A DNA stretch of 64,000 nucleotides from an uncultured Syntrophaceae bacterium (lineage in GTDB: Bacteria > Desulfobacterota > Syntrophia > Syntrophales > UBA2192), in the NCBI GenBank assembly GCA_964585095.1, contig CAZPCN010000004.1, positions 9,415 through 73,414 on the forward strand, read 5' to 3'. Of the stretch, positions 27,684-35,773 are shown in pieces (positions within the stretch are counted from its first letter, which is position 1; every line of letters begins with the position of its first letter). A program made the position numbers and the translations under genes. A model generated the notes under the pieces. The model ran no database searches. It was not told the DNA's origin and saw nothing but the letters and a program-made list of their open reading frames with translations.

Positions 27684-28385
27684 ATGGCCTTTTCACGCAG
27701 GGACACAATCCAGCTTCTCGTCAGCGGGGCGGTTTCGACCGCCATCTTCGGCCTCTTTAAGGTAAGCGGGGCCAGGGAAATTCCGCGCCCGCCCGGTGCC
27801 CTCGAAGAAAAATCCTTCCTCGAGTATTGCGCGCGCTGCTATCGGTGCGTCGACGTCTGCCCCACCGACGCGATCCGTCCGGCCGGCCTCGAAGGCGGCA
27901 TCACAAGCTTCGGCACCCCCATTCTGCGCCACAAGGAATGCATCTTCTGCATGGCCTGCATCAAGGAGTGCCCCACGGGGGCCATCGCGAAGATCTCCCG
28001 CGACGAGGTCGACATCGGCAACGCCGTCATCGACCGCTCAACCTGCCTGGCCTGGACGGGCCAGGAGGACTGCACGCGCTGCTTCGACGCCTGCCGCTAC
28101 GACGCCATCAAGCTCGAGAAGGACAAGTACCCCGTCGTCCTCGAGGACCCCTGCACGGGCTGCAACGCCTGCGAGAAACGCTGCCCCACGAAACCCAAGT
28201 CGATCGTCTGCCACTACGACAAGGTGAAGCGAATCCCGCCGCCGGAAAAGCGCGTCGCCCTGCGGCGCGAGGAAGAGGACGGACGGGGCCACGGACGCGA
28301 GGAGGGGTTTACGGACTGGCTGAAGAAGCGGGTGGAGAAGCTCCGGGAGCATTACGGGCTCGTTAAAGAGGAAGAGGAAGAATAA
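27684..28385 (+). CDS. NapG/MauM-like polyferredoxin with N-terminal RR-containing signal or anchor
   Basis: MAFSRRDTIQLLVSGAVSTAIFG, then four CxxCxxC(xxx)CP-type motifs (CARCYRCVDVCP, CIFCMACIKECP, CTRCFDACRYDA, CTGCNACEKRCP). Acidic C-terminal tail. Confidence 0.7.
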   Translation: MAFSRRDTIQLLVSGAVSTAIFGLFKVSGAREIPRPPGALEEKSFLEYCARCYRCVDVCPTDAIRPAGLEGGITSFGTPILRHKECIFCMACIKECPTGAIAKISRDEVDIGNAVIDRSTCLAWTGQEDCTRCFDACRYDAIKLEKDKYPVVLEDPCTGCNACEKRCPTKPKSIVCHYDKVKRIPPPEKRVALRREEEDGRGHGREEGFTDWLKKRVEKLREHYGLVKEEEEE

Positions 28386-28390
28386 AACTC

Positions 28391-28421
28391 GGGTATCGGG
28401 TCTAGGGTCTCGGGTATAGGG
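28391..28421. repeat. GGG-N4 array (5 G-tracts)
   Basis: GGGTATC GGGTCTA GGGTCTC GGGTATA GGG lies between the NapG-like and first HdrA-like genes. Confidence 0.65.
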
Positions 28422-28435
28422 TTCAAAGATTCACA

Positions 28436-29647
28436 ATGAAGATTACAGACAAGAAAACCAAAACCGTGCTTGTGGTAGGAGGCGGGGTGGCCGGGATATC
28501 GGCGGCCCTCGACCTGGCCGGCAACGGCCACCGGGTACACCTCGTCGAGAAGGGCCACGACCTGGGCGGCCAGGTGGCGAAGCTCGACAAGTTCTACCCG
28601 ACGGACCACTGCGCCTTCTGCCCCCTCTGGACGGAAATCCGCCGATGCAAGGAAGACGAGGCGATTGCCGTCCACCCGCTCTCCCGCGTGGAGACCCTCG
28701 AGCAGCAGACCGGGGGGTACCGGGCCGTCGTCGTCCAGTCGGCGCCCGTCGTCGACCCGTCGCTCTGCATCAACTGCGGCCGCTGTGAAACGGCATGCCC
28801 GAAAGACCTCGCGAAGCCGATCTGGGAACACGCCTACCCGCCCGTCCACGTCATCGACGGGACTCGCTGCGGGGACTGCCGCGCCTGTGTGGCGGCATGC
28901 CCCGTGAAGGCCATCGCCTTCGACCGGGAAGAGCAGCGCATCGCGCTGGACGCGGACGAGGTCATCTGGGCGGCGGGCTTCGACGAAGTGAGCCTCGCCC
29001 CGATGAAGGAATACGGGTGGGGGACGCACCCGGACATCCTCACGTCGCTCGAGTTCGAGGCCTGGAAGGCCGAGGCGGGCGACAACCGGGGCAAAATCAT
29101 CCGGCGCTCCGACCGATCCGCGCCCCGGAACATCCTCTTCGTGCAGTGCGCGGGCGCACGGGACCTGAGGCTCCTGCCCCACTGCTCCGCCGTCTGCTGC
29201 ATGCATGCGCTCAAGCAGGCCCAGTGGGTCAAGCGAAGAAACCCGGACATCGACTGCATCATCCTCTACACGGACCTGCGCACCGTGGGGAGGGACTACT
29301 ACGAGTACGCCCTGCGCGATTTCAACGGCAACGTCGTCCGCCTCGTCCGGGGACGTTCCTCGCTCATCACCCCCCTGCCCGGCGGCAACGGGATTGCCGT
29401 GAAGTACGAGGACACGATCACAGGAAAGCGCGAGATCCGGCAGTTCGACATGGTCGTCCTCAACGGGAACCTGCAGTCCTCCCTCGCGTCGAAGCCGTCG
29501 CCGAAGGCGCGGCCGGAGCTGAGCGGCGAGGGGTTCGTGACAGCGGCGTCCGTCTCCTGCGGGTTCGTCATGGAGCCGGCGGATGTAACGGAATCGGCGA
29601 TCCAGGCGGCATCGGCGGCACTCAGAACGATTACGGACAAGAACTGA
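28436..29647 (+). CDS. HdrA/QmoA-like FAD- and FeS-containing flavoprotein (short form)
   Basis: VLVVGGGVAGISAALDLA...LVEKGHDLGGQVAKLDKFYPTDHCAFCPLW. Inserted ferredoxin motif CINCGRCETACP. FVQCAGARD...CSAVCCMHALK, as in HdrA/Qmo proteins. Confidence 0.8.
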   Translation: MKITDKKTKTVLVVGGGVAGISAALDLAGNGHRVHLVEKGHDLGGQVAKLDKFYPTDHCAFCPLWTEIRRCKEDEAIAVHPLSRVETLEQQTGGYRAVVVQSAPVVDPSLCINCGRCETACPKDLAKPIWEHAYPPVHVIDGTRCGDCRACVAACPVKAIAFDREEQRIALDADEVIWAAGFDEVSLAPMKEYGWGTHPDILTSLEFEAWKAEAGDNRGKIIRRSDRSAPRNILFVQCAGARDLRLLPHCSAVCCMHALKQAQWVKRRNPDIDCIILYTDLRTVGRDYYEYALRDFNGNVVRLVRGRSSLITPLPGGNGIAVKYEDTITGKREIRQFDMVVLNGNLQSSLASKPSPKARPELSGEGFVTAASVSCGFVMEPADVTESAIQAASAALRTITDKN

Positions 29648-29648
29648 A

Positions 29649-31355
29649 ATGGCAAAGATCGGCGTCCTTCTCTGCAACTGTTTCGGCGAGATCGGCAACA
29701 CCGTCAACCTGGAGTCCATCCGGGAACGGCTCGCGTCCGACCCCTCGGTGGACTTCGTGACCATCCGTGAGTCCCTCTGCCAGCCGGGCGATGCCTCTGC
29801 GGTGCATGCCATGCTCCGCGAGCGCGGGATCGGAAAGGTGCTCCTCGGCGCCTGTTCACCCTACGGCAGGATGGAAGCCGTGCGTCTCGGTCTCGCGAAG
29901 GAGGGCGTCGACGTCAGGACCGTGCGCGCCGCGGACCTGCGCGAAGGTTGCGCCTGGATCCACGGGAAAGACCCCGGGGGCGCGACGCGCAAGGCGGCAA
30001 ACCAGCTGGACATGGAACTTGCCCTCCTGCAGAACACGCAGGATTCGAAGGACATCGACATCCGTCTCCGGCGCGAGGCGCTGGTGATCGGAGCGGGGCC
30101 CGCGGGCCTCTCGGCCGCCTGCGGCCTGGCCCGCATGGGAATCAGGGTGCACCTCGTCGATCGTGGGACGGCCCCCGGCGGCCTTCTCAACGTGGTGACG
30201 AAGGTGTACCCGACGGAGCTGTCGGGACCGGAGAAACTCAAGCCCCTTGTCGAGATGGCGGGCAACAACCCCCTCATCCGTTTTTATGGGAAGACCAAAG
30301 TTGCCTCGGTGAAGGGGTATGCCGGCGATTTCAAGGTCTCCCTCGCTGGACCGGAAGGAAACACGAGCCTGCGCGTGGGGGCCGTCGTGCTCGCCACGGG
30401 GGCGCGCCTCCTGTTCCCCCAGGGGCTCTACGGTTACGGGAAAACGAAGAACGTGATCACCCAGATGGAGATGGAGAGGCAGTTCGCGACGGGGAAGGTC
30501 GCCTGCAGGACGGCCGTCTTCATCCAGTGCGTCGGCGCCCGCTGCGCCGAGCGGCCCTACTGCTCGACCATCTGCTGCCCGATGTCCCTGAAGAATGCCA
30601 TGCGGATTCTCGACGAGGTGCCCGGTTCGAAGGCCGTGATCCTGCACCGCGACATCATGACACCGGGAAGCGTCCTGGAGGCTTTTTACCGCAAGGCCCT
30701 GCACAGGGGCGTCCAGTTCATCCGCTTCGATGCGGACAAGCCCCCGCAGGTCAGGGGCGACGGCCAGGTGAGCGGCGTCGAGGTCTTCGACGTCCTGAGC
30801 GGGATGACCCGTTCGATCGAGACAGACCTGCTCGTCCTGAGCACTCCGCTCGTGGCCGACCCGGATAGCGCGGCGCTTGCCCGCATGCTCGAGATCCCCG
30901 TGGACAAGCACGGCTTCATCGCCGAGGTCTACCCGGTTCACCCCGTGGAGACGCGAAACGACGGCGTCTTCATCTGCGGGACGGCCCGCTGGCCCGTCTC
31001 GTCGGACCAGGCCATCGCGCAGGGCGAGGCGGCAGCCGTGAAGGCGGCCTCCTTCCTCGGGCGGGAAACGGTCTCTGCTCTCACCATGAGCCGGGTCCCG
31101 GGCTCCAAGCTCGGCCATGCGGCGGCCAACGCCGATGCCTGCACGGGCTGCGGCAACTGTGTTGTCGTCTGCCCTTACGGGGCCTGCAAGCTGCAGCGAA
31201 CGGGGCAGCGCTCCGTGAGCCGGGTGATCAAGGTCCGCTGCAAGGCCTGCGGAAGCTGCGCGTCGGTCTGCCCCAACGGGGCGATGCAGATCCCCGAGCA
31301 GAACTACCGGGTCACGGGAGCCATGATCCGCCGTGCTTTCCGGGAGGTGCGCTGA
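29649..31355 (+). CDS. HdrA/QmoB-like flavoprotein with N-terminal Cys-rich domain and C-terminal 2x[4Fe-4S]
   Basis: KIGVLLCNCFGEIG N-domain. ALVIGAGPAGLSAA FAD motif. FIQCVGARC...CSTICCPMSLKNA. C-terminal CTGCGNCVVVCP and CKACGSCASVCP. It starts 1 nt after the previous stop. Confidence 0.8.
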   Translation: MAKIGVLLCNCFGEIGNTVNLESIRERLASDPSVDFVTIRESLCQPGDASAVHAMLRERGIGKVLLGACSPYGRMEAVRLGLAKEGVDVRTVRAADLREGCAWIHGKDPGGATRKAANQLDMELALLQNTQDSKDIDIRLRREALVIGAGPAGLSAACGLARMGIRVHLVDRGTAPGGLLNVVTKVYPTELSGPEKLKPLVEMAGNNPLIRFYGKTKVASVKGYAGDFKVSLAGPEGNTSLRVGAVVLATGARLLFPQGLYGYGKTKNVITQMEMERQFATGKVACRTAVFIQCVGARCAERPYCSTICCPMSLKNAMRILDEVPGSKAVILHRDIMTPGSVLEAFYRKALHRGVQFIRFDADKPPQVRGDGQVSGVEVFDVLSGMTRSIETDLLVLSTPLVADPDSAALARMLEIPVDKHGFIAEVYPVHPVETRNDGVFICGTARWPVSSDQAIAQGEAAAVKAASFLGRETVSALTMSRVPGSKLGHAAANADACTGCGNCVVVCPYGACKLQRTGQRSVSRVIKVRCKACGSCASVCPNGAMQIPEQNYRVTGAMIRRAFREVR

Positions 31356-31356
31356 C

Positions 31357-31800
31357 ATGACTTCCGCAGCAGCCAGCACGAACATTCTCGTCTTCGCCTG
31401 CCGCTGGTGCGGCCTCATCGGGGCCGACGGCGCCGGGCGCAGGCGCACGGAACTGCCCGCCTCCTTCCGGGTCATCCCCGTGGAGTGCGCGGGGTACGTG
31501 GAGCCCGACGCGGTGATCCGCGCCTTCGCGAGCGGCGCGGCGGGCGTGGCCGTCCTGGGCTGCCACGTGGGAGGGTGCCGGTTCAACGACGCCAACCACC
31601 CTGCCCTCAAGCGCCTGGAGCTGCTCAAGACGCTCCTCGACGCGACGGGCATCGGCGGCAACCGGCTGCTGCTCGGGTTCGGCACGGCGCACGAGTACCA
31701 CCAGTGGGCCGACACGATCCGGGACTTCCACAAACACGTGGAGGGACTGCCCTCGATGAAGTCGTGGCTGCCCGCGGCGGCCGTGACCGGTGAACGGTGA
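31357..31800 (+). CDS. MvhD-like (methyl-viologen-reducing hydrogenase delta subunit family) protein
   Basis: ILVFACRWCGLIGADGAG...IPVECAGYVEPD...VAVLGCHVGGCRF is the MvhD/FlpD pattern. ATG lies 1 nt after the upstream stop. The ORF-track start at 31333 overlaps the upstream gene and seems less likely. Confidence 0.8.
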   Translation: MTSAAASTNILVFACRWCGLIGADGAGRRRTELPASFRVIPVECAGYVEPDAVIRAFASGAAGVAVLGCHVGGCRFNDANHPALKRLELLKTLLDATGIGGNRLLLGFGTAHEYHQWADTIRDFHKHVEGLPSMKSWLPAAAVTGER

Positions 31801-31889
31801 AACAATAACGAAGTTTTTTGGCGACACGGCAATCGGCCAACATCCTTCGCGCGAATAGACGGTTTTCGACCGCTCTAGTTCTTTCAAAA

Positions 31890-32008
31890 GGCTGTTCAAA
31901 AAGGCCAGATGCAAGGCGCCCGACGTCCTGAGGAGTGAGGCGTACCGTGTTGTACGTTGAACGACGAAGGACAAGGGCAACGATGCAGATGGTCATTTTT
32001 CAACAGCC
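31890..32008 (+). other. Long imperfect hairpin (about 119 nt) inside a 480-nt non-coding spacer
   Basis: GGCTGTT/AACAGCC, AAAAA/TTTTT, TGCA/TGCA, GCCC/GGGC, GTCCT/AGGAC and CGTAC/GTACG helices are separated by repeated tandem G-A/A-G mismatches. The apical loop is CGTGTT (31946-31951). Confidence 0.45.
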
Positions 32009-32279
32009 TGCGAAGCTCGCTTCACTGCAGTGCAACGACTCGCCCTTCGGGCTCAAACAGTTTGCGCTGCGGCCGCTCCGCTTCGCTAAGAGCGGTTAAC
32101 GACCGGGGGCGCATCCCGCAAGGAGGCGCGTTCATGACATGAACTTCCTTGCCGGGGAGCAACCACGGGTTGCGACAAAACGCGCCTAACTTCGCACTCA
32201 GGATTCGGCCCGATTACCTGGTTTTTCGGTTCGAGTTTAAGCAGCCCGCCATTGGGCGGCGACGTAAAAGAAGATACTA

Positions 32280-33125
32280 ATGCTGGAACAGGTAAAACAG
32301 AAAGCAAAAGCAATCCTCGAGAAGAAGGAAGCCGACGGCGTCCTGGGGCTGCGCAAGGGCCCCTTCGACGTGATCCACCCGCACGTCTTCACGACGCCGG
32401 CGGAACTGGACGCCCTTGTCCTCGAGCCCAAGTGGCTCTTCGCCAAGATGGCACGGTCGATCCTCCGCGCGAAACCCGCGGACTACAGGCTTGCCGTTGC
32501 CGTGCGCGGCTGCGACGAGCGAGCCGTCGTGGAGCTTGTCAAGCGAAGCCAGATCGACCGCGAGCGGCTTCTCACCATCGGCTATGCCTGCGGAACGGAG
32601 CAGGCCAGGACCTGCCTGTGCAGCCGCCCCTACCCCGAGAAGCTGGATGCGGGAGAAGCCGTGGAAGGCGTGGACCCCTTCGCGGACGAGCGGGTGAAGG
32701 CCTTTCTGGAGGGCGATCCGGCCCTCCGGATGGAGAAATGGGCGGACCAGCTCCGGCGCTGCATCAAGTGCTACGGCTGCCGCAACTCCTGCCCCATCTG
32801 CGTGTGCGTGCCCTGCAAGCTCGAGGACGACGTATGGGTCGAGCGAGGCGTCATCCCGGCCGAGATGGTTTCCTTCCACCTCATCCGGGCGTTCCACCTC
32901 TCCGACACGTGCGTGGCCTGCGGGGCCTGCCAGGAGGCCTGCCCGGTGGGCATCCCGCTCATGACGCTCCAGCTTTCGATGCGGGCGGCGCTGAAGAAGG
33001 ACTACAACTACGAGGCGGGGCTCGACGCGGACCGCAAGTCCCCCGTTCTCTTCGACTTCATCCAGGAACCCCGTCCCGGGCAGAACGTGCCCGACTGGGT
33101 CGACAGCACGGGAAAGAAGCCATGA
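32280..33125 (+). CDS. Fe-S protein (AsrA/HydB-like Cys pattern), putative electron-transfer partner of FdhA
   Basis: CIKCYGCRNSCPICVCVPC and CVACGACQEACP motifs. Its stop overlaps the fdhA start (ATGA). Family assignment is tentative. Confidence 0.6.
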   Translation: MLEQVKQKAKAILEKKEADGVLGLRKGPFDVIHPHVFTTPAELDALVLEPKWLFAKMARSILRAKPADYRLAVAVRGCDERAVVELVKRSQIDRERLLTIGYACGTEQARTCLCSRPYPEKLDAGEAVEGVDPFADERVKAFLEGDPALRMEKWADQLRRCIKCYGCRNSCPICVCVPCKLEDDVWVERGVIPAEMVSFHLIRAFHLSDTCVACGACQEACPVGIPLMTLQLSMRAALKKDYNYEAGLDADRKSPVLFDFIQEPRPGQNVPDWVDSTGKKP

Positions 33126-35170
33126 ACCCCGAATTCATCCGAACCATATGCCCCTACTGCGGCACGGGATGCGGCATCGTCCTGAAGATCGAGGACGGTC
33201 GCGCGGCCGCTTCGTACCCCGACCGGGAAAACCCGGTGAGCCGGGGCTCGCTCTGCGTGAAGGGCTGGTTTTCCCACGAGTTCGTCCATCACCCCGAGCG
33301 GCTGACGGCCCCGCTTCTGCGCAAGGGCGACGCGTTCGTGGAAATCTCCTGGGAGGAGGCCATTGCGCTTGCGGCCCGCAAGCTCCGGGAAACGGCCGAA
33401 AAATACGGCCCCGACAGCGTGGGCGGGCTCTCGTCGGCCAAGTGCACCAACGAGGAGAACTACCTCTTTCAGAAGCTCATCCGGGCGGCCTTCCGGACCA
33501 ACAACGTGGACCACTGCGCCAGGCTCTGCCACGCGGCCACCACGGTGGGCATGCTCCAGACCCTCGGCAGCGGCGCCATGACGAACTCCATCTCGGACCT
33601 GGCCGGTGCGGACTGCATCCTTTTCATCGGCTCCAACGCCGCCGAGAGCCACCCCGTGCTCATGGGCGAGGTCTACAAGGCCCTCGACCGGGGGGCGCAG
33701 ATGTTCGTCATCGACCCGAGGGAGACGCCGGTGGCTCGCAACGCCCGCAAGCTCCTGCGGCTCAACCCGGGCACGGACATCCCTCTGCTGGCCGGCATGA
33801 TGCGCCACATCGTCGACAGCGGGCTCCACGCAAAAGATTTCGTCGAGAAGCGGACGGAGAATGTCGAGGCCCTCAAGACGTTTCTTGCGGCCTGGCCCCT
33901 GGACAAGGTCGCAAGCGAGACCGGCATCGACGAGGCGACGATCCGCGAGGTGGCCGAGACGTACGCGAAGGCGGACAATGCCGCCATCGTCTACTGCATG
34001 GGCATCACGCAGCATGCCTGCGGGGTGGCCAACGTGATCGCCATCTGCGATCTGGCGATGCTCTGCGGCCAGGTCGGGAAGCCCTTCTCGGGGATCTACC
34101 CGCTGCGCGGCCAGAACAACGTGCAGGGCGCCTGCGACATGGGGGCCCTGCCCAACCTCTACCCCGGCTACCAGGGCGTGGCCGACCCGGCCATCCGCGA
34201 GAAGTTCCAGAAGGCCTGGAAGGCGGAGCTTTCCGACAAGCCCGGCAAGACCGTGACGGAGCTCATCAACGCCTCCGGCAAGGACATCCGCGCCCTCTAC
34301 ATCATGGCCGAGAACCCCTGCATCAGCGACCCCGACGTGAACCACGTCATGGAGGCCCTGCAGCGGCTCGACTTCCTGATCGTGCAGGATATCTTCCTGA
34401 CCGAGACGGCGAAGTTCGCCCACCTCGTCCTGCCCGGCGCCTGCTTTGCCGAGAAGACGGGAACCTACACGAACACGGAGCGGCGGTTCCAGCTCCTGCA
34501 CAAGGCCGTCGACCCGCCCGGGAAGGCCATGGGCGACTTCGAGATCCTCTGCATGATGGGCAAGGCCCTGGGGCTGCCCTTCGACTACGCTTCGCCCGCC
34601 GAGGTGATGGCGGAGTACGCGGGACTCGTCCCGGCCTACGCGGGGATCTCGTTCGACCGATTGGAACGGGCGGGCCTGCAGTGGCCCTGCCCCGACGAGA
34701 AGCACCCGGGGACGCGGTTCCTGCACGGCACGACGTTCACCCGGGGGCTCGGCCGGTTCGTCATCCCCGACTACACGCCGCCCATGGAAAAGCCCGACGC
34801 GGAGTACCCCTACTACCTCAACACGGGGCGCGTCTTCGCCCACTACCACACGGGGACGATGACGAGGCGCTCGGCGTTTCTGAACCGCGAGATCGAGGAG
34901 CCCTACGTGGAGATCCACCCCGACGACGCCGCCGCCCTCGGCGTGGGCCCCGGCGACTGGATCCGGGTCACCTCGCGCCGCGGCAGTATCGTCACGACGG
35001 CCCGCATTTCCGATCGCGTGGTAAAGGGCAGCATCTTCGCCCCCTTCCACTTCACCGAGGCGAGGGCCAACATGCTCACGAACCCGGTGCTCGACCCGGC
35101 CTGCAAGACGCCCGAGTACAAGGTGTGCGCCGTGAAAATGGAAAAGGATCATGAAGCCCAGGCACGATAA
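33122..35170 (+). CDS. fdhA: Formate dehydrogenase catalytic subunit-like molybdo/tungstopterin oxidoreductase (Cys form)
   Basis: N-terminal CPYCGTGCGI...SRGSLCVKG FeS motif. VDHCARLCHAATT active-site block has Cys where Sec-type enzymes have U. The C-terminal beta-barrel block is (VEIHPDDAAALGV...GDWIRVTSRRG). The 32252 extension in the ORF track was rejected. Confidence 0.85.
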   Translation: MNPEFIRTICPYCGTGCGIVLKIEDGRAAASYPDRENPVSRGSLCVKGWFSHEFVHHPERLTAPLLRKGDAFVEISWEEAIALAARKLRETAEKYGPDSVGGLSSAKCTNEENYLFQKLIRAAFRTNNVDHCARLCHAATTVGMLQTLGSGAMTNSISDLAGADCILFIGSNAAESHPVLMGEVYKALDRGAQMFVIDPRETPVARNARKLLRLNPGTDIPLLAGMMRHIVDSGLHAKDFVEKRTENVEALKTFLAAWPLDKVASETGIDEATIREVAETYAKADNAAIVYCMGITQHACGVANVIAICDLAMLCGQVGKPFSGIYPLRGQNNVQGACDMGALPNLYPGYQGVADPAIREKFQKAWKAELSDKPGKTVTELINASGKDIRALYIMAENPCISDPDVNHVMEALQRLDFLIVQDIFLTETAKFAHLVLPGACFAEKTGTYTNTERRFQLLHKAVDPPGKAMGDFEILCMMGKALGLPFDYASPAEVMAEYAGLVPAYAGISFDRLERAGLQWPCPDEKHPGTRFLHGTTFTRGLGRFVIPDYTPPMEKPDAEYPYYLNTGRVFAHYHTGTMTRRSAFLNREIEEPYVEIHPDDAAALGVGPGDWIRVTSRRGSIVTTARISDRVVKGSIFAPFHFTEARANMLTNPVLDPACKTPEYKVCAVKMEKDHEAQAR

Positions 35171-35612
35171 AATCGAGGAAGCCAGGAAACTCTCCGGGGC
35201 CTCCGGCTGCGTCGAGTGCGGCCGCTGCGTCGCCGCCTGCCCCATGGCGGAGATGTACGCCGACTTCGGCATCGAGATGTCCCCCCGGGGCATCATCAAG
35301 AAGACACTCGTCGGCGACGACGTCGTCGCGGACCGCAACATCTGGTACTGCACGGAGTGCAACAGCGGCACCGACGTCTGCCCCCAGGGGGTGAGCTGCC
35401 GGGACCTGATCCGCAAGCTCCGCGAAGCGGCCATCGAGGAGAACGTGGTCGAGAACGCCAAGCGTTGCGAGGCCTGCGGCCGGTTCTTCCTGGCCGTTCC
35501 CGTGGAGGACTTCGTGTTCGGCAGGCTGAAGGCGGAGCCGGCAAACGTCCTCAAGGCCCTCGAGACGTGCCCGACCTGCCGGCGGGAGATATATCTTTTA
35601 CGGAATGCATGA
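35151..35612 (+). CDS. HdrC-like 2x[4Fe-4S] protein with C-terminal CxxC...CxxC ribbon
   Basis: CVECGRCVAACP and CTECNSGTDVCP motifs, then CEACGRFF...CPTC. It overlaps the fdhA end by 20 nt. Confidence 0.65.
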   Translation: MKPRHDKIEEARKLSGASGCVECGRCVAACPMAEMYADFGIEMSPRGIIKKTLVGDDVVADRNIWYCTECNSGTDVCPQGVSCRDLIRKLREAAIEENVVENAKRCEACGRFFLAVPVEDFVFGRLKAEPANVLKALETCPTCRREIYLLRNA

Positions 35613-35726
35613 AAAATCCCCCTCGTTCCCCCTTTTTCAAAGGGGGATGAGAATATGAAGTCCTTCCTTCTCATAAGGGAACCCCGTATGACTCCCCCCT
35701 TTCGTAAAGGGGGGCTGGGGGGATTT
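35613..35726. repeat. Two GC-rich palindromic REP-like elements (CCCCTTTnnAAAGGGG type)
   Basis: AAAAATCCCCCTCGTTCCCCCTTTTTCAAAGGGGGATGAG and ACTCCCCCCTTTCGTAAAGGGGGGCTGGGGGGATTT. Same family as 5169-5200. Confidence 0.55.
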
Positions 35727-35770
35727 AGACGAAACAGACGAAATAGACCAGATAGACCGGACAGACCGTC
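35727..35770. repeat. Period-9 tandem repeat (AGACnnnnn x5)
   Basis: AGACGAAAC AGACGAAAT AGACCAGAT AGACCGGAC AGACCGTC. Confidence 0.65.
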
Positions 35771-35773
35771 ATA

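Noticed and set aside
32252-33121. N-terminal extension that would make FdhA a 972-aa protein
   Set aside because: The extension is an off-frame read-through of the upstream FeS gene and is Arg/Gly/Pro-rich. The FdhA-type N-terminal CxxCxxxC motif starts right after the ATG at 33122, which overlaps the upstream stop (ATGA).
33500-33560. Possible selenocysteine (in-frame TGA) in the formate dehydrogenase active site
   Set aside because: The frame is uninterrupted and the active-site block reads HCARLCHAAT with Cys. No in-frame TGA or SECIS-like requirement is visible.
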